Assembly (NCBI GenBank): GCA_965140585.1
Contig: OZ223265.1
Location: 32,001-96,000 of the forward strand
Length of the DNA: 64,000 bases
Reading direction: 5' to 3'
Source: Spirochaetia bacterium
GTDB taxonomy: Bacteria; Spirochaetota; Spirochaetia; UBA9216
The number at the start of each line of letters is the position of its first letter. Position 1 is the first letter of the stretch. The translations under genes and the position numbers were made by a program. The notes under the pieces were generated by a model. The model was not told where the DNA came from. It ran no database searches and saw only the letters and a program-made list of their open reading frames with translations. Below are positions 37,907-49,492 of this stretch, in pieces.

Positions 37907-38896
37907 ATGGAAGAATTTCTGGCGTCTTTTATCCACGGACAGGCTGTTGTAGTCCTGTTTATCATCATAGCTGCAACACTGTATGTGCTGGGAAAGGGTG
38001 CTGATATTCTGGTTGATGAGGCTGTCAGCCTTTCAGTCAGATGGGGCATTCCCAAACTGCTGATAGGGGCTACTATAGTAAGCCTGGGCACTACCCTGCC
38101 GGAAGCATCCGTATCGGTATTAGCAGCACTGCAGGGAAACCCTGATCTAGCACTTGGAAACGCAGTAGGGTCCATCATATGTGATACCGGGCTGATAATC
38201 GGCATTGCAGCGCTTATCTCACCACTTGTTCTTGATAGACGGATTGTAAACCGACAGGGCTGGATTCAGTTCGGAGCCGGACTGCTGCTTGCCGCAGCAG
38301 GACTTATAGCCGGAAATATATCCCGGATATTCGGGTTTATACTTATCGCATTGCTTGTTATTTACATGGTTATTTCCATTAAATGGTCAAAGAACGGCAC
38401 TGTTGATGAAGTGAGTACCGAAACAGCCGATGCATCACCTGTACTGATAGTACTTCTGAAACTAGCCCTTGGTGCGGCACTCATAATAATTTCATCAAAG
38501 GTTCTGATTCCTACAGTTGAAGAAACCGCAAAAAGAATAGGAATTCCCGACAGCATAATAGCTGCAACCCTAGTTGCCTTCGGGACTTCACTTCCTGAAC
38601 TTGTCACCGCGATATCGGCAGCAAGAAGAGGCCATGGAGACCTGGCTATAGGCAATGTCATAGGAGCGGATATACTTAACGTCCTCTTTGTTGTAGGCGC
38701 TGCTGCGTCGGTAACACCGGAAGGTCTTCATGTTCCGGTATACTTTTTCAAATTGCAGTTTCCCGTAATGATTGGAATCCTGCTGGTATTCAGACTCATC
38801 ACATTATTCTCAAAGACCCATGTGAAGAGGTGGCACGGTTTACTGCTTTTAGCGCTTTATGTTGCATACACTGTCATCAGTTACGGAATAGTCTGA
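37907..38896 (+). CDS. Calcium/sodium antiporter (YrbG/CaCA family)
   Basis: Two alpha-repeats, GTTLPE and GTSLPE. Confidence 0.92.
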   Translation: MEEFLASFIHGQAVVVLFIIIAATLYVLGKGADILVDEAVSLSVRWGIPKLLIGATIVSLGTTLPEASVSVLAALQGNPDLALGNAVGSIICDTGLIIGIAALISPLVLDRRIVNRQGWIQFGAGLLLAAAGLIAGNISRIFGFILIALLVIYMVISIKWSKNGTVDEVSTETADASPVLIVLLKLALGAALIIISSKVLIPTVEETAKRIGIPDSIIAATLVAFGTSLPELVTAISAARRGHGDLAIGNVIGADILNVLFVVGAAASVTPEGLHVPVYFFKLQFPVMIGILLVFRLITLFSKTHVKRWHGLLLLALYVAYTVISYGIV

Positions 38897-38969
38897 ATGG
38901 AAGGGCGGAAACTTGATAACAGCTTCCGTATCATTTAATCTTTATATATAAAGTATTAAGGAGCATAAC

Positions 38970-40253
38970 ATGGATTTCAGCCTTCACCATCCCGCAGAAC
39001 AGCTCATAATGATAATGGACAGAATTTACGGATACGGTATGACCACAACATCCGGAGGCAACCTCTCCATTATGGATGAAAACGGCGATGTCTGGATAAC
39101 TCCTGCCGGGAAGGACAAGGGTTCTCTGGTAACCGAAGATATAGTCTGTATAAAACCCGACGGAAAATTTATCGGAGCTTTAAGACCGTCTTCCGAGTAT
39201 CCGTTTCACCTGGCGGCCTATAAAAGCAGACCCGAAATAAAAGCAGTGCTTCATGCCCACCCGCCGGCACTTGTCGCCTACAGTATAACCAGGACAATTC
39301 CCAATACCCGCATAAACCCGACAGCCTACAGGGTCTGCGGAGACATACGAATGGCACCGTATGCTACTCCCGGAACCGAAGAACTTGGAGTAAATATAGC
39401 AGCAGAACTTGAAACCGGAGCAAATATTATAATGCTGGAGAACCATGGAGTTCTGATTGCCGGCGAAACACTCTTTGAAGCTTTTGAAAGGTTTGAAACT
39501 CTGGACTTCTGTGCGCGTCTTCAGATAAAAGCCGCCCGAATGGGAAAGGCAGTTGATCTAACTGATGAACAGTTATCAATGAATAAGGCGGAATTAGCTG
39601 TTCTTCCTGAATTCACACCGGCATATCACAGTTCGGAAGAAAAGCGGCAGCGTCGTGAGATGATAACCCTTATACACAGGGCCTATGATCAGAAACTTTT
39701 TACCAGCACCGAGGGAACATTCTCCTCAAGGACAGGTGATGATTCATTTATCATTACTCCCTACAACAGAGACAGAAAATATATCGACATTGATGACCTG
39801 GTTCTAGTGAATGAAGGAAAAAGAGAATCCGGAAAGAATCCAAGCCGTTCTGCGGTGCTTCACAGACTGATTTATCAGAGGAATCCTGAGATAAACTCTA
39901 TAATAATAGCGCATCCGCCCAATATAATGGCCTTTGGAATTACCAACACCGAATTCGATACAAGAACTATTCCGGAGTGCTATGTAATGCTCAGGGATAT
40001 CCCGCTGATGCCATACGGCTCATCTTTTACCGATCGCGAGGGGGTTGCCGATAAAATATCCACCAAATCTCCTCTTATTATTTTTAGAAATAATTCACTG
40101 CTTGTCACCGGAAGCAACCTGTTGAATGCCTTTGATCGTCTAGAGGTTGCAGAATTCAGTGCAAAAGCAGTTCTGGCCGCAAAAAAACTTGGAGAAATAG
40201 TTTTCATCAGCGATGAGCAGGTTGAGAATCTAAAGACAGCATTCGGATTATAA
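38970..40253 (+). CDS. Class II aldolase/adducin protein with tandem duplicated domain
   Basis: GGNLS, PSSE...H, HAHPP, NHG; second degenerate copy EGTFS...PSRS...IAHPP. Confidence 0.85.
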   Translation: MDFSLHHPAEQLIMIMDRIYGYGMTTTSGGNLSIMDENGDVWITPAGKDKGSLVTEDIVCIKPDGKFIGALRPSSEYPFHLAAYKSRPEIKAVLHAHPPALVAYSITRTIPNTRINPTAYRVCGDIRMAPYATPGTEELGVNIAAELETGANIIMLENHGVLIAGETLFEAFERFETLDFCARLQIKAARMGKAVDLTDEQLSMNKAELAVLPEFTPAYHSSEEKRQRREMITLIHRAYDQKLFTSTEGTFSSRTGDDSFIITPYNRDRKYIDIDDLVLVNEGKRESGKNPSRSAVLHRLIYQRNPEINSIIIAHPPNIMAFGITNTEFDTRTIPECYVMLRDIPLMPYGSSFTDREGVADKISTKSPLIIFRNNSLLVTGSNLLNAFDRLEVAEFSAKAVLAAKKLGEIVFISDEQVENLKTAFGL

Positions 40254-40472
40254 TCAGACTCTATAAATAAGCCAGGCGGCCATCAACGAAGGCCGCCTGT
40301 CAGGAGAAAAACTATTTCTTTCACGGCGCCAAGCCCGATTGAAAGAAAAATCGTATACGCATTACCACTTAGCAATGCTGAGAATAATATATACTCAATT
40401 CACAATTCATGTGTAAACAGAATGTAAATTAAGCGTAAATTTATATAAACTTGCTTAAATTGTGCTACATTT

Positions 40473-40967
40473 TTGGTGGAGACAATAATGGCGGAAAGCA
40501 AAAATTCAAAAAACAGCCTGGCTGGTAAACTTCGTAAAGAACTTATTGAACTTGTACCTCAGATTGAAGAAGAAGGTCTGGTATTTCTGCTACAACAGGC
40601 AAATACGATTATTCACAACCAGAGAGTGGTTGAACTAAACCGTGATCTGCAGGAAATCAGCAGTTCTTCTCCAAAAAAAAATACCGGCGAGAGCGTCGGC
40701 TTTGAAATTGAGATAGACCGATCAAGTAACGGCAAAACATATTATTTTACAGTTAACGGCAGAAAACATTTCATGGATGTTGCTGAGACAAGGAAAATTG
40801 TGGAACTATGCTACCGACCACCAACAAAGAGCAAGGCTTTGAGGTTTTTATATCAGTACTTTCTGAATGAAAGAGATGAAATTCTGTCTGAACATAAAAT
40901 CAAATCAGAAAATAGTCCTTTTTTTGTAGCATTATTCAAATCTGTCAGAGAAAATTTTTCTCTTTAA
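40473..40967 (+). CDS. Hypothetical protein
   Basis: 164-aa ORF; likely start MAESK. Confidence 0.65.
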   Translation: MVETIMAESKNSKNSLAGKLRKELIELVPQIEEEGLVFLLQQANTIIHNQRVVELNRDLQEISSSSPKKNTGESVGFEIEIDRSSNGKTYYFTVNGRKHFMDVAETRKIVELCYRPPTKSKALRFLYQYFLNERDEILSEHKIKSENSPFFVALFKSVRENFSL

Positions 40968-41031
40968 CTCCTGCACTTTTTACTTAGCTTTTCTCTTCTA
41001 ATATATTATATTTATTATATAGGAGTTCAAT

Positions 41032-41229
41032 ATGAAAAACGTTGGTAAAACAGACAGGATAATTCGAGTTGTTCTTGGTTTCATTCTGGTTGCAGCTGCT
41101 GTAATTCTTCAGATCAGTATAGGCAGACTCTGGTGGATCGGTATACTTGGACTTATTATGCTAGGTACTTCAGCTCTGTCATTCTGTCCATTGTATATTC
41201 CTTTTAAAATCAATACACGGTCCAATTAG
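41032..41229 (+). CDS. DUF2892/YgaP-like membrane protein
   Basis: KNVGKTDRIIR...FCPLY.PF.INT. Confidence 0.88.
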   Translation: MKNVGKTDRIIRVVLGFILVAAAVILQISIGRLWWIGILGLIMLGTSALSFCPLYIPFKINTRSN

Positions 41230-41237
41230 AAGTGATA

Positions 41238-41270
41238 TTACCGGAACCTGATAGATTCAGGTTCCGGTAA
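41238..41270. terminator. Hairpin between convergent genes
   Basis: TTACCGGAACCTGA-TAGAT-TCAGGTTCCGGTAA. Confidence 0.7.
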
Positions 41271-41328
41271 ATATTTTGATGGATTATAAATAAATTAAAA
41301 GTTAAACACGTTCAGGAAGACTTAATCT

Positions 41329-43257
41329 TTAATCCTCTCTATTCAGAGTTCTGTCTCCTGTATTGAAAAAATCCATCTGATCTCTCAGTTCCTGTGCCTG
41401 AGCATTCATTTCTTCCGCAGTTGCTGCAAGTTCTTCTGATGAAGCGGCGTTAGCCTGAACAGCTGTATCCAGCTGAACGATGCTCTCACTTATCTGGTTA
41501 GTCCCAATTTCTAGTTCTTTCATTGCCGAACTCATCTCATTAATCAGTTCTGATGTCTTTTTAATATCAGGGACAAGAATATCCAGATTCTCACCTGCTT
41601 CTTTAGAAACGGTAACAGCATCTGCAGAAAGCTGACTGATTTCTATTGCGGCAGTTTTGCTGTTAACCGCCAGTTTTCTTACTTCACTTGCAACTACAGC
41701 AAACCCTTTTCCGGTATCGCCGGCTCTTGCAGCTTCGATAGCAGCATTTAACGCAAGAAGATTTGTCTGATTAGCAATACTTTCAATCAGCTCAGTTTTT
41801 TCTAAAATCCTATCCATCATCTCTATAGTATTGTCCACTGACTGCTTTGTGCTTCCGTCGTTCTCAACTACTTTATTTGATAATTTTTCTGTAACAAAGG
41901 CATTTTCTACAGTCTGTTTAATATTTGAGCTCATCTGCTCAATTGATGCAGAGACTTCCTCAATTCCTGAAGCCTGTTCCTCTGAACCGGAAGATACAAT
42001 TTGAGAACTCGAGCTTATCTGCTGACTTGCTGACGCCACATTCCCGGCTGTAACAATTATATTGGATATGATTTCTCTGAATTTTCTCGCCATAGAGATT
42101 TCCGACAAGACAAGCTGTCCAATTTCATCACTGGAAACCCGATCTATATCCTCATATGTTGTCAGCTCTCCTGCTGCAAGTTCCTGCGAAAGTTTCAATC
42201 CCTTCAGAATATTACGATTAATACCAAGCGCAATGAGGACAACCGAAACGGTTGTAAGAATTACAGCTGATGTAATAAAAATTATATATAGCATGATTGA
42301 AGTGCCTATGCCTTTAAACAGATCGTTTATTATTGATTCAATCTTTTTCTGTTCAGACTCCCCAAGCTGATTAATCTTCTCCCTCATAGCCTCAAAGGAT
42401 TCCAGCATGGTTCCGGCCTGTGTACTGATGAAAAAATTATCATCAAAGTTTATATCCGCAATAGAGGCTATCTCATCAGTCAGCATCTTCCATTGGGCTT
42501 TCTCAGTATCAAAATTGTTTGACAGATCCTGAACAGCTGCTCCGAAAATATCCGCTGAGACAGAAACTCTTTCAAGAACCTGTTCAACATTTTCAGAATA
42601 GTCTTCAAGATAACGGGTTAGTTCAGCATCATTTTCAGCACGCCCCATCAGCAGTGCAGCTGTATATGCCTGATAAAGGTCACGGTCTCCGTTTAATACA
42701 AGCGATAAAGCCTGTTCAAGAGCTCTGCGCCTTGACGCAGAGAGATTTCCGGAGAGCTGCTGATCTATCAGTTCCCCCAGCCGGTTTATGATATCATGTA
42801 CATTATCAAACGATTTGATAGCCTCATACTCCAGCTCATCCCGCCTCTGATTAGCTTCAGAGACATTCAAAGCCTTGTTTATAATCTTAAAACTGATATC
42901 CTTCCATTTATCAAAGTCAGTTTTAAATGCGCTAAAGATTACGGCCATTTCAGGACTGAACCTCGATTCTCCTGTACCAACTCTGTTTAATGTCTGTTCA
43001 GCGTTTTCCTCATAATCTGAAAGCGCCTTTCTGACATCCGCAACACTGAGAGCCCCCGTACTGTTCATTTCAGAGACCAGGGCCCGATATGCATCACGAT
43101 CTGCTTCGCTGATCATAATTCGGTCATTCTGAAGTTCCAGAACCTCCTGAATATCTGTTTTGATATTCAGAAAGTTAATGATACCAACCATAAAAATTTC
43201 GAATATTGAAATAATCGGTATCGCAACAATAATCGAAAATTTTGTTTTTATTAGTAA
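41329..43257 (-). CDS. Methyl-accepting chemotaxis protein (start codon apparently lost)
   Basis: [28 protein letters not shown]; duplicated periplasmic DRDxY motif. The frame stays open upstream of ATG 43191 to a TTA placed after the AAGGAG RBS. Confidence 0.85.
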   Translation of the reverse strand, partial: LLIKTKFSIIVAIPIISIFEIFMVGIINFLNIKTDIQEVLELQNDRIMISEADRDAYRALVSEMNSTGALSVADVRKALSDYEENAEQTLNRVGTGESRFSPEMAVIFSAFKTDFDKWKDISFKIINKALNVSEANQRRDELEYEAIKSFDNVHDIINRLGELIDQQLSGNLSASRRRALEQALSLVLNGDRDLYQAYTAALLMGRAENDAELTRYLEDYSENVEQVLERVSVSADIFGAAVQDLSNNFDTEKAQWKMLTDEIASIADINFDDNFFISTQAGTMLESFEAMREKINQLGESEQKKIESIINDLFKGIGTSIMLYIIFITSAVILTTVSVVLIALGINRNILKGLKLSQELAAGELTTYEDIDRVSSDEIGQLVLSEISMARKFREIISNIIVTAGNVASASQQISSSSQIVSSGSEEQASGIEEVSASIEQMSSNIKQTVENAFVTEKLSNKVVENDGSTKQSVDNTIEMMDRILEKTELIESIANQTNLLALNAAIEAARAGDTGKGFAVVASEVRKLAVNSKTAAIEISQLSADAVTVSKEAGENLDILVPDIKKTSELINEMSSAMKELEIGTNQISESIVQLDTAVQANAASSEELAATAEEMNAQAQELRDQMDFFNTGDRTLNRED

Positions 43258-43535
43258 TTCTTCTCTCCTTATCTATTTTAAACTATGATTTCAGCGAACA
43301 TAAAAATCAAGTAAAATGGTCAAATATAGATAATTATGAAGAAAATTCAGCCAAAATATTAGAAATCCAATTATCCTTTCTTAAAGAGTTTCAAACTTCC
43401 TCCCTGGAAAACATTTATTAGATAAAAAATAATGGATTTAACATTGTTAAAATATCCTATTGTGAGATCCGTCAGGTAGGAAATATAAATTTCGGCCTGA
43501 TTTTATTCCAAAATCGAATAATGACGCAAGCGGTA

Positions 43536-44428
43536 TTATAAAAGTACTGTTTTTATCTTTTCAATAAGAGATTTAATCTGAGGATTCTTAGTCCCCGAAT
43601 GCCAGGATAGGCACTGCATTGAGTGTTTTGTATGAGCATTGTAAGGCTTCAAAAGCACGTCCGGATAGGCTAAGGTTAATACACTTGAAGGTACAGTACC
43701 TACCCCCGAGCCAGCCTGAACATTAAGCAGGACATCAAGAGAAGTTCTGACATGTTCAATATTTAAACCGTGAAACATTTCAGAAAAGCTCTTCCAGTCT
43801 ACGTTATAAAGTTTTGTTTTATCTTCATCAGGTCGAATCATATAAAAAATGTCATCTTTAAAATCGGCCGGGATCAGATCCGGTTTATCCACTAAATAAT
43901 GATTTTTGTTAATAGCCAGTACATGTTTTACGGGAGTTAACTCGATAAAGCTGATGTTTTTATCCATTCTGATATTATGATCAGTAGTGATAGCCAGATC
44001 ATATTCTCCGGATTTCAGCTTATTTATCAAAGGAACAAAATTGTCATACGAAAATTTATACCTCTGTCTTCCTTCCGGCATACTGTTGTACTAATTGAAA
44101 ATTTCATACAGATCATCAGACAGGCATTCGCCGAAAGACAGCCCTACATTGACCATTTCATATTTGAGCTGTGAGTTTTTTTAACCTTGTCAATTGCGCT
44201 TGTAAATATGTAATACAGATCATAGGTAGAGTTAAAAAACTTTTTGCCGTCATCAGTAAGTTTTACATGGTGAGTACTTCAATCGAACAGTTTGAAATCA
44301 AGTTCATTCTCAAGAGCTTTGATGTATTAACTAAGATTAGGCTGTGAAATGAATAAATTCTGCGCAGCCTTCGAGAAACTTTTGCACGAGGCAACTTCAA
44401 GAAAACATCTTATATGTTCATATGTCAT
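43536..44428 (-). pseudogene. LysR-family regulator pseudogene
   Basis: MTYEHIRCFLEVASCKSFSKAAQNLFISQPNLS*YIKALENELDFKLFD*ST..., plus the substrate-binding fragment 43536..44081. Confidence 0.85.
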
Positions 44429-44576
44429 CACTTATCCGTGACTGTGATTTTATCAGAGCAGGTTTATTATTTCAATATTTATTCGTTTTATGCATAACAA
44501 ACGGCACAAATTTATATTTCAAATATTCCGGGATTGCCTATAGAATGATGTCTGAATTTTTTCAGGAGGTAATCCC

Positions 44577-46482
44577 TTGAGCGTACACTATTCAAATATC
44601 TTTTCACCTATTAAGGTTAAAAATATAATTCTTAAAAACAGAATTGTTGCATCGAACTCACTCCCGCATTTTCTGATAGGTCCGGAAAAGCATCCAACAA
44701 CAGATCTTATAGAGCTCCTGGCGAACAGAGCAAAAAACGGCGCAGCCGTAGTAACCCTTGCGCACACCTACGCTCCGATCGGAATGAAAGGAATGAAAAT
44801 TGGTTTTGATACTGACCACTTTCCTGTTTTTGATATGTATGAACCGACACACCAGAACTATCTTATTATGCTCTGTGACGCTATTCACTATTACGGCGGC
44901 AAAGCATCATTGAATATTACACGCCCCATAATGCCGGAGTGGGATGTTATTGACCGGCCCGAGAAGAAGGCTAAGGCTTATACAAAAGAAATTATTGATT
45001 AGTTCATAGATGCATATGTGGAGCAGGCTGTGATTGCCAGGAAACTTGGCTTTGATATGGGGTCAATCCATTTTGCATACCGCAGTTCATTTGCCGGAGC
45101 ATTCTTCTCTGCAATCACAAACACAAGAACCGATGAATACGGCGGAAGCCTTGAAAACCGTTCAAAAGTTATTCTTGAAATTTTTAGAAGAATTAAGGCC
45201 GAAGTCGGAGAGGATTTTGTACTCGAAGGCCTTTTAAGCGTTAAGGATCTTCCCGGCGGATACACTTTTGAGGATACAAAGAAATTCGCAAAGATGTCAG
45301 AGGGGCTGATTGATATTCTTCAGCTGAGAATGGAAGACGGTGATATCTCACACCCTATGGGATTCCACATGCCTAATCCCACACTGGAATACGCTGAAGA
45401 GCTTAAAGCCCTTAACCTTAAAACCTTTATCGAGCCGATAGGTGGGTTTCAGGATCCTGATGTAATGGAAGAGGCACTCGCCACAGGAAAAGCAGACCTC
45501 ATCGGTATGGCAAGACCTTTTATCTGCAATGACGAGTACGGAACTAAGATGCGTGAAGGACGGAAAGAAGACATTGTTCCGTGTGTTCGCTGCAATAAGT
45601 GTCACGTTATAGGGCACCATGTCCCCTACCGCAGCGCTTGTACAGTAAATCCTGATTTCGGAATAAATGCATATCTGCACAGAAAAGAAGAGCCGGTAGC
45701 CGCAGCTAAAAAAATAGCTGTCATAGGAGGCGGCTCTTGTTGCTGCAAAACGGGGACACAATGTAACAATTTTTTAAAAAACCGGAAGCCTCGGAGGACA
45801 GATGATTCCGGGTTCAGTACCTTCCTTCAAATGGCCTGTAAAGAATTTTCTCGACTACATGGTAAAACAGACTGAAAAGAAAGTAATGGATGTCAGACTT
45901 AACACTGAGGCGACTCCAGAACTGCTTGAAAAAGAAGGATTTGATACCGTATTTATTGCACTCGGAACCATTCCGGTATTGCCTCCTGTGAAGGGAATAG
46001 ATTCAGGCTGTGTTACTACAGCACATTCAGCCCTTGTTTTTCCTGAAAAAGTAAGGGGTGATGTTGTAATCATAGGAGCTGGTGAAGTAGGCATGGAAAC
46101 CGGAATATTTCTAACCGATGCGGGTCATAAGGTTACAATACTTTAAATGAGGAAAGAAATTGCACCAGAGGTTAACCCTATTCACTACCATGAAACCTTT
46201 GACGAAGTATGGAAGAGCAAGGGAACTCTCAGCGTAATTACTGAAGCTGCCGTAACCGAAATTGCGGACGGTACAGTGGTTTATAAGAAGGACAGCAAGG
46301 AGATTACTGTAAAAGCTGACACGGTAATATCTGCCTCCGGAACAAAACCATTAACAGACAAGGCGCTGGCCTTCTATAATAATAATAATAAAGCTAATTA
46401 CTACATTATAGGTGACTGTGATCAGGGAGGAACAATTATAACTTCAATGCGTTCAGCCTATGCGGCAGCAAGCCAGATTTAA
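44577..46482 (+). pseudogene. NADH:flavin oxidoreductase (OYE/2,4-dienoyl-CoA reductase-like) pseudogene
   Basis: Four fragments. In-frame TAG at 45000, broken GGG motif with frameshifts at ~45730-45780, TAA at 46144. Retains RTDEYGGSLENR and CVRCNKC. Confidence 0.88.
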
Positions 46483-46564
46483 AATATATTAATTCAGCCT
46501 TATGAAAACAGCAATGGGAAACTACGTTATAAATATGTTTATACAGGTGTACAATGCTGCCTTC

Positions 46565-47980
46565 TTAACGCAGTAGGTGAAGAATATCTTCATTATATAC
46601 GTCTCCCGATTTCATCACAGAAACAGGCTCTCTGAGAACGCTCAGATCATCAAGCGGGTTTTCAACTGTAAAAACAAGATCTGCTGTGTATCCTGCTTTA
46701 ATAAAGCCCCTCTTCTGTCCAATCCCCATCTTTATATATCTCTCAGAAGGATTAAGCGTTGCAGTCTGCAAAGCCTGAAGATTGCTGTATCCGTTTTCAG
46801 TCATTATGCGCATCTCATCGTGAAGAGAGATCCCGGGAGCCAGGCCGTACCATGACTGCTGGGAGAGTTCAGTCCCTGCAAGCAGAGTAATTTCATATTC
46901 ATGAAATAGTTTCAGCAGGAGTCTGTCGAGTCTGTAACGGAATATTACATGCTCAGGGACAGCCTCAAGTCTGAAATGATCACCATAGACCTGTCTGTTA
47001 AAAATAAAAATTCGGTCACGATACTTGGGAAGTTTATATTTCTCCGCATATTCAAGATATTTATCCGGTGATGTAATTTTCATTGCTGATATTTCATCTG
47101 CTGCAAGACAGGTAGATAAGGCAATATCATTTGACGCCATGGTTCTAAGCACTTCATCAAGCTTATCCTTAAGAATTTCTATCAGTTCCGTATCTGTAAG
47201 CTGATAATACTTTGAGTAGTATTCATCCATCGTTATCCAGGCTTCTTCTTCATCTATCCAGTTCACACGGTCTGAAGTTTCCTGCTCCATTAAAAGTAAA
47301 CCGATAATTGCAGTCTTATTAATCTCATCAAGTCCGAGTGATACGGCAGTGTAAAACTCTCCAATCGAATACAAGGTAGCTGAGGAATAAATATTCTGCT
47401 CTTCTGCATACTTCAGAATATTCTCAAATTCTGGCGAACCTATCTTTCTCTGAAGTTTCATATAACCTGCATTCAGAGCTTCGATATCATTACTGACTGA
47501 TTCATAATATTTGGCTGTACTGTAGTTCACATACAGGCATGGTACAATATCAGGACCGGAGGTTTTATCGCCCCTGTACTCATCAATATTCTCTATAAAA
47601 TCGGCTGTTATCCCCTTAAGACCGCCCTCCCTGATGCCTGTAACCCCTGCGGCGATCAGCCGATCGCCTGTATGGATTTTCCAGAACTCAAGGTCTGCAG
47701 ATTTACTGTTGAAATATACATACATGTCGGTGAGTCCGGGGGAAACATACATTGATTTACCATCAGTTACTTCGGTAAGCGCGCCGGGTAGTTCAGCCAT
47801 ACTGCCGATCCTGCTGATAATTCCGTGATTTATTTCAATAAACTGGTTTGTTATAATATTTCCGGTCTGAACGTCAACGATATTCACATTGCTTACATAC
47901 TGAAGCTCATCTTTCTCACAGCTGAACAACAGCAATGCTGCTGCAATCAGCAGAATAACTTTTTTAAAAACCATAAACAT
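46565..47980 (-). CDS. Amidohydrolase-fold lipoprotein lacking canonical metal ligands
   Basis: LLLFSC lipobox, PGLTDMYVY, ATLNP, G.IKAGYTADLV...NPLDD. Confidence 0.78.
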   Translation of the reverse strand: MFMVFKKVILLIAAALLLFSCEKDELQYVSNVNIVDVQTGNIITNQFIEINHGIISRIGSMAELPGALTEVTDGKSMYVSPGLTDMYVYFNSKSADLEFWKIHTGDRLIAAGVTGIREGGLKGITADFIENIDEYRGDKTSGPDIVPCLYVNYSTAKYYESVSNDIEALNAGYMKLQRKIGSPEFENILKYAEEQNIYSSATLYSIGEFYTAVSLGLDEINKTAIIGLLLMEQETSDRVNWIDEEEAWITMDEYYSKYYQLTDTELIEILKDKLDEVLRTMASNDIALSTCLAADEISAMKITSPDKYLEYAEKYKLPKYRDRIFIFNRQVYGDHFRLEAVPEHVIFRYRLDRLLLKLFHEYEITLLAGTELSQQSWYGLAPGISLHDEMRIMTENGYSNLQALQTATLNPSERYIKMGIGQKRGFIKAGYTADLVFTVENPLDDLSVLREPVSVMKSGDVYNEDILHLLR

Positions 47981-47991
47981 TATCCTTACTT

Positions 47992-48735
47992 TTATTTTTT
48001 ATACTTCAATTCATTTGTCTTTCTCATTCCATGTTCAAGCAGCATCAGCAGGCTTTCCGCAAAAACCGGATTCTGCTTCCTGATATCGCTTTTATATTTT
48101 CCAACATCATATGCTGCTTCCCTGAATATAAATTCAATCTCCCGGCCGGTTTCAATTATTCCATACCTTGTCATATCCGATATATCATAGTGATAGCCTA
48201 CCGCTCCGAAGTTTGTGAACCGCTTTCCGGCGTATTCAAACTGCTCACTTATATGAGTATGGCCGCAGATGATATCGTGCTCAGGTTCATTCTCAAGCTG
48301 ATTTAAGAGCATACTGAGATCATTATCTTCGAGGGTAAGTTTATCCTTGAATGACCAGGGACTGCCGTGGCAGAAAAGAAAATCAGTACCGTCAAATGCC
48401 TGTTTTTCAGAAATTTTCCAGCTTTTAAGTTCATCTTTGAACTCACTGCTTATCCGTGCATCGGTAAATTCTATCATAGAATACAGGCTGCGTTCAAAAT
48501 CGTTTTGAGGCTTGAAGTCAGAAAATTCTTCAATATTTGAATCGGTATTTCCCTTAATGCATATATAAGGGTTAAGAGTTTTCAGAAGGTCATAGCATTC
48601 CATGGGATATAAACCGTTAAAGACAAGATCTCCCAGAAAGACTATAAAATCGGGTTTATCAGCTTTTAATTCCGCTGCAGCCTTCTCAAATGCATAAATA
48701 TTACCGTGAACATCACTTATTATTCCAATCCGCAT
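47992..48735 (-). CDS. Metallophosphoesterase
   Basis: ISDVHGN, GDLV, GNTD, HGSP, GHTH. Confidence 0.9.
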   Translation of the reverse strand: MRIGIISDVHGNIYAFEKAAAELKADKPDFIVFLGDLVFNGLYPMECYDLLKTLNPYICIKGNTDSNIEEFSDFKPQNDFERSLYSMIEFTDARISSEFKDELKSWKISEKQAFDGTDFLFCHGSPWSFKDKLTLEDNDLSMLLNQLENEPEHDIICGHTHISEQFEYAGKRFTNFGAVGYHYDISDMTRYGIIETGREIEFIFREAAYDVGKYKSDIRKQNPVFAESLLMLLEHGMRKTNELKYKK

Positions 48736-48760
48736 AGGAATTATTATATCCCTATTACTG

Positions 48761-49492
48761 TTATTCCGGCTGAGCTCTTTTTAAATTTTTCATATAACTT
48801 GATTCTGCCGACAGAGCACCATATTCTTTTCTAAGATAACTGATTCCATAGCCGACAGTATGGTTTTCATCATTCTTAATCCATCGCTTCACTACAAGTA
48901 CAGGCTCCCCGGCACTGCAGTCAATAAGCTTTTCGCTCTCGCTATCAAATACCCCCGGAGAGATTTCAAGTTCGCAGTGAAGTTCAAAATGAGTTGCTTT
49001 TCTGTCAACTAATTCAGGAAAATCTGCATAGTGAATAAGACTTTCTATGGTCGGAAAACCCTTCCGGTACGGAAGATATTTGTTTTCATATCCTACTGGA
49101 AAATTATTATGCAGCAGTATGATTTGTATCATTACAGCTACATTATCTTCAAGAGAAAGAAGTTCCTTGATTTCCTCCGACACCTTAATTATCTTCAATT
49201 TGTTAATTTTAACCTCATGCTCAGGCTTAATCAGATCAAACTGCAGCAGAAAGCGGTTATATTCGGGCTGGCGTACAAAATAGCCCTTTCCCTGGTGGGA
49301 ATAAATCAAATCCTCATTACAGAGAACATTTAAAGCCTTACGTACTGTTACCCTGCTTGTTTTATACTGTCGGGCAAGTTCATTTTCTGTTGGCAGATTG
49401 TCACCCGGGAGAAATTTTCTGGATATTACAGCCTCGCGTATAGCGTCGGCGATTTCTTCATTTAAAGGCCGCTTTTGAGAACTCATTTTCAC
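48761..49492 (-). CDS. GntR-family regulator with UTRA-like domain
   Basis: LPTENELARQYKTSRVTVRKAL...QGKGYFV. Confidence 0.9.
   Translation of the reverse strand: MKMSSQKRPLNEEIADAIREAVISRKFLPGDNLPTENELARQYKTSRVTVRKALNVLCNEDLIYSHQGKGYFVRQPEYNRFLLQFDLIKPEHEVKINKLKIIKVSEEIKELLSLEDNVAVMIQIILLHNNFPVGYENKYLPYRKGFPTIESLIHYADFPELVDRKATHFELHCELEISPGVFDSESEKLIDCSAGEPVLVVKRWIKNDENHTVGYGISYLRKEYGALSAESSYMKNLKRAQPE

Noticed and set aside
45000-45002. Pyrrolysine or recoding read-through of the in-frame TAG
   Set aside because: The same gene also has a TAA and frameshifts, so decay is the simpler explanation.
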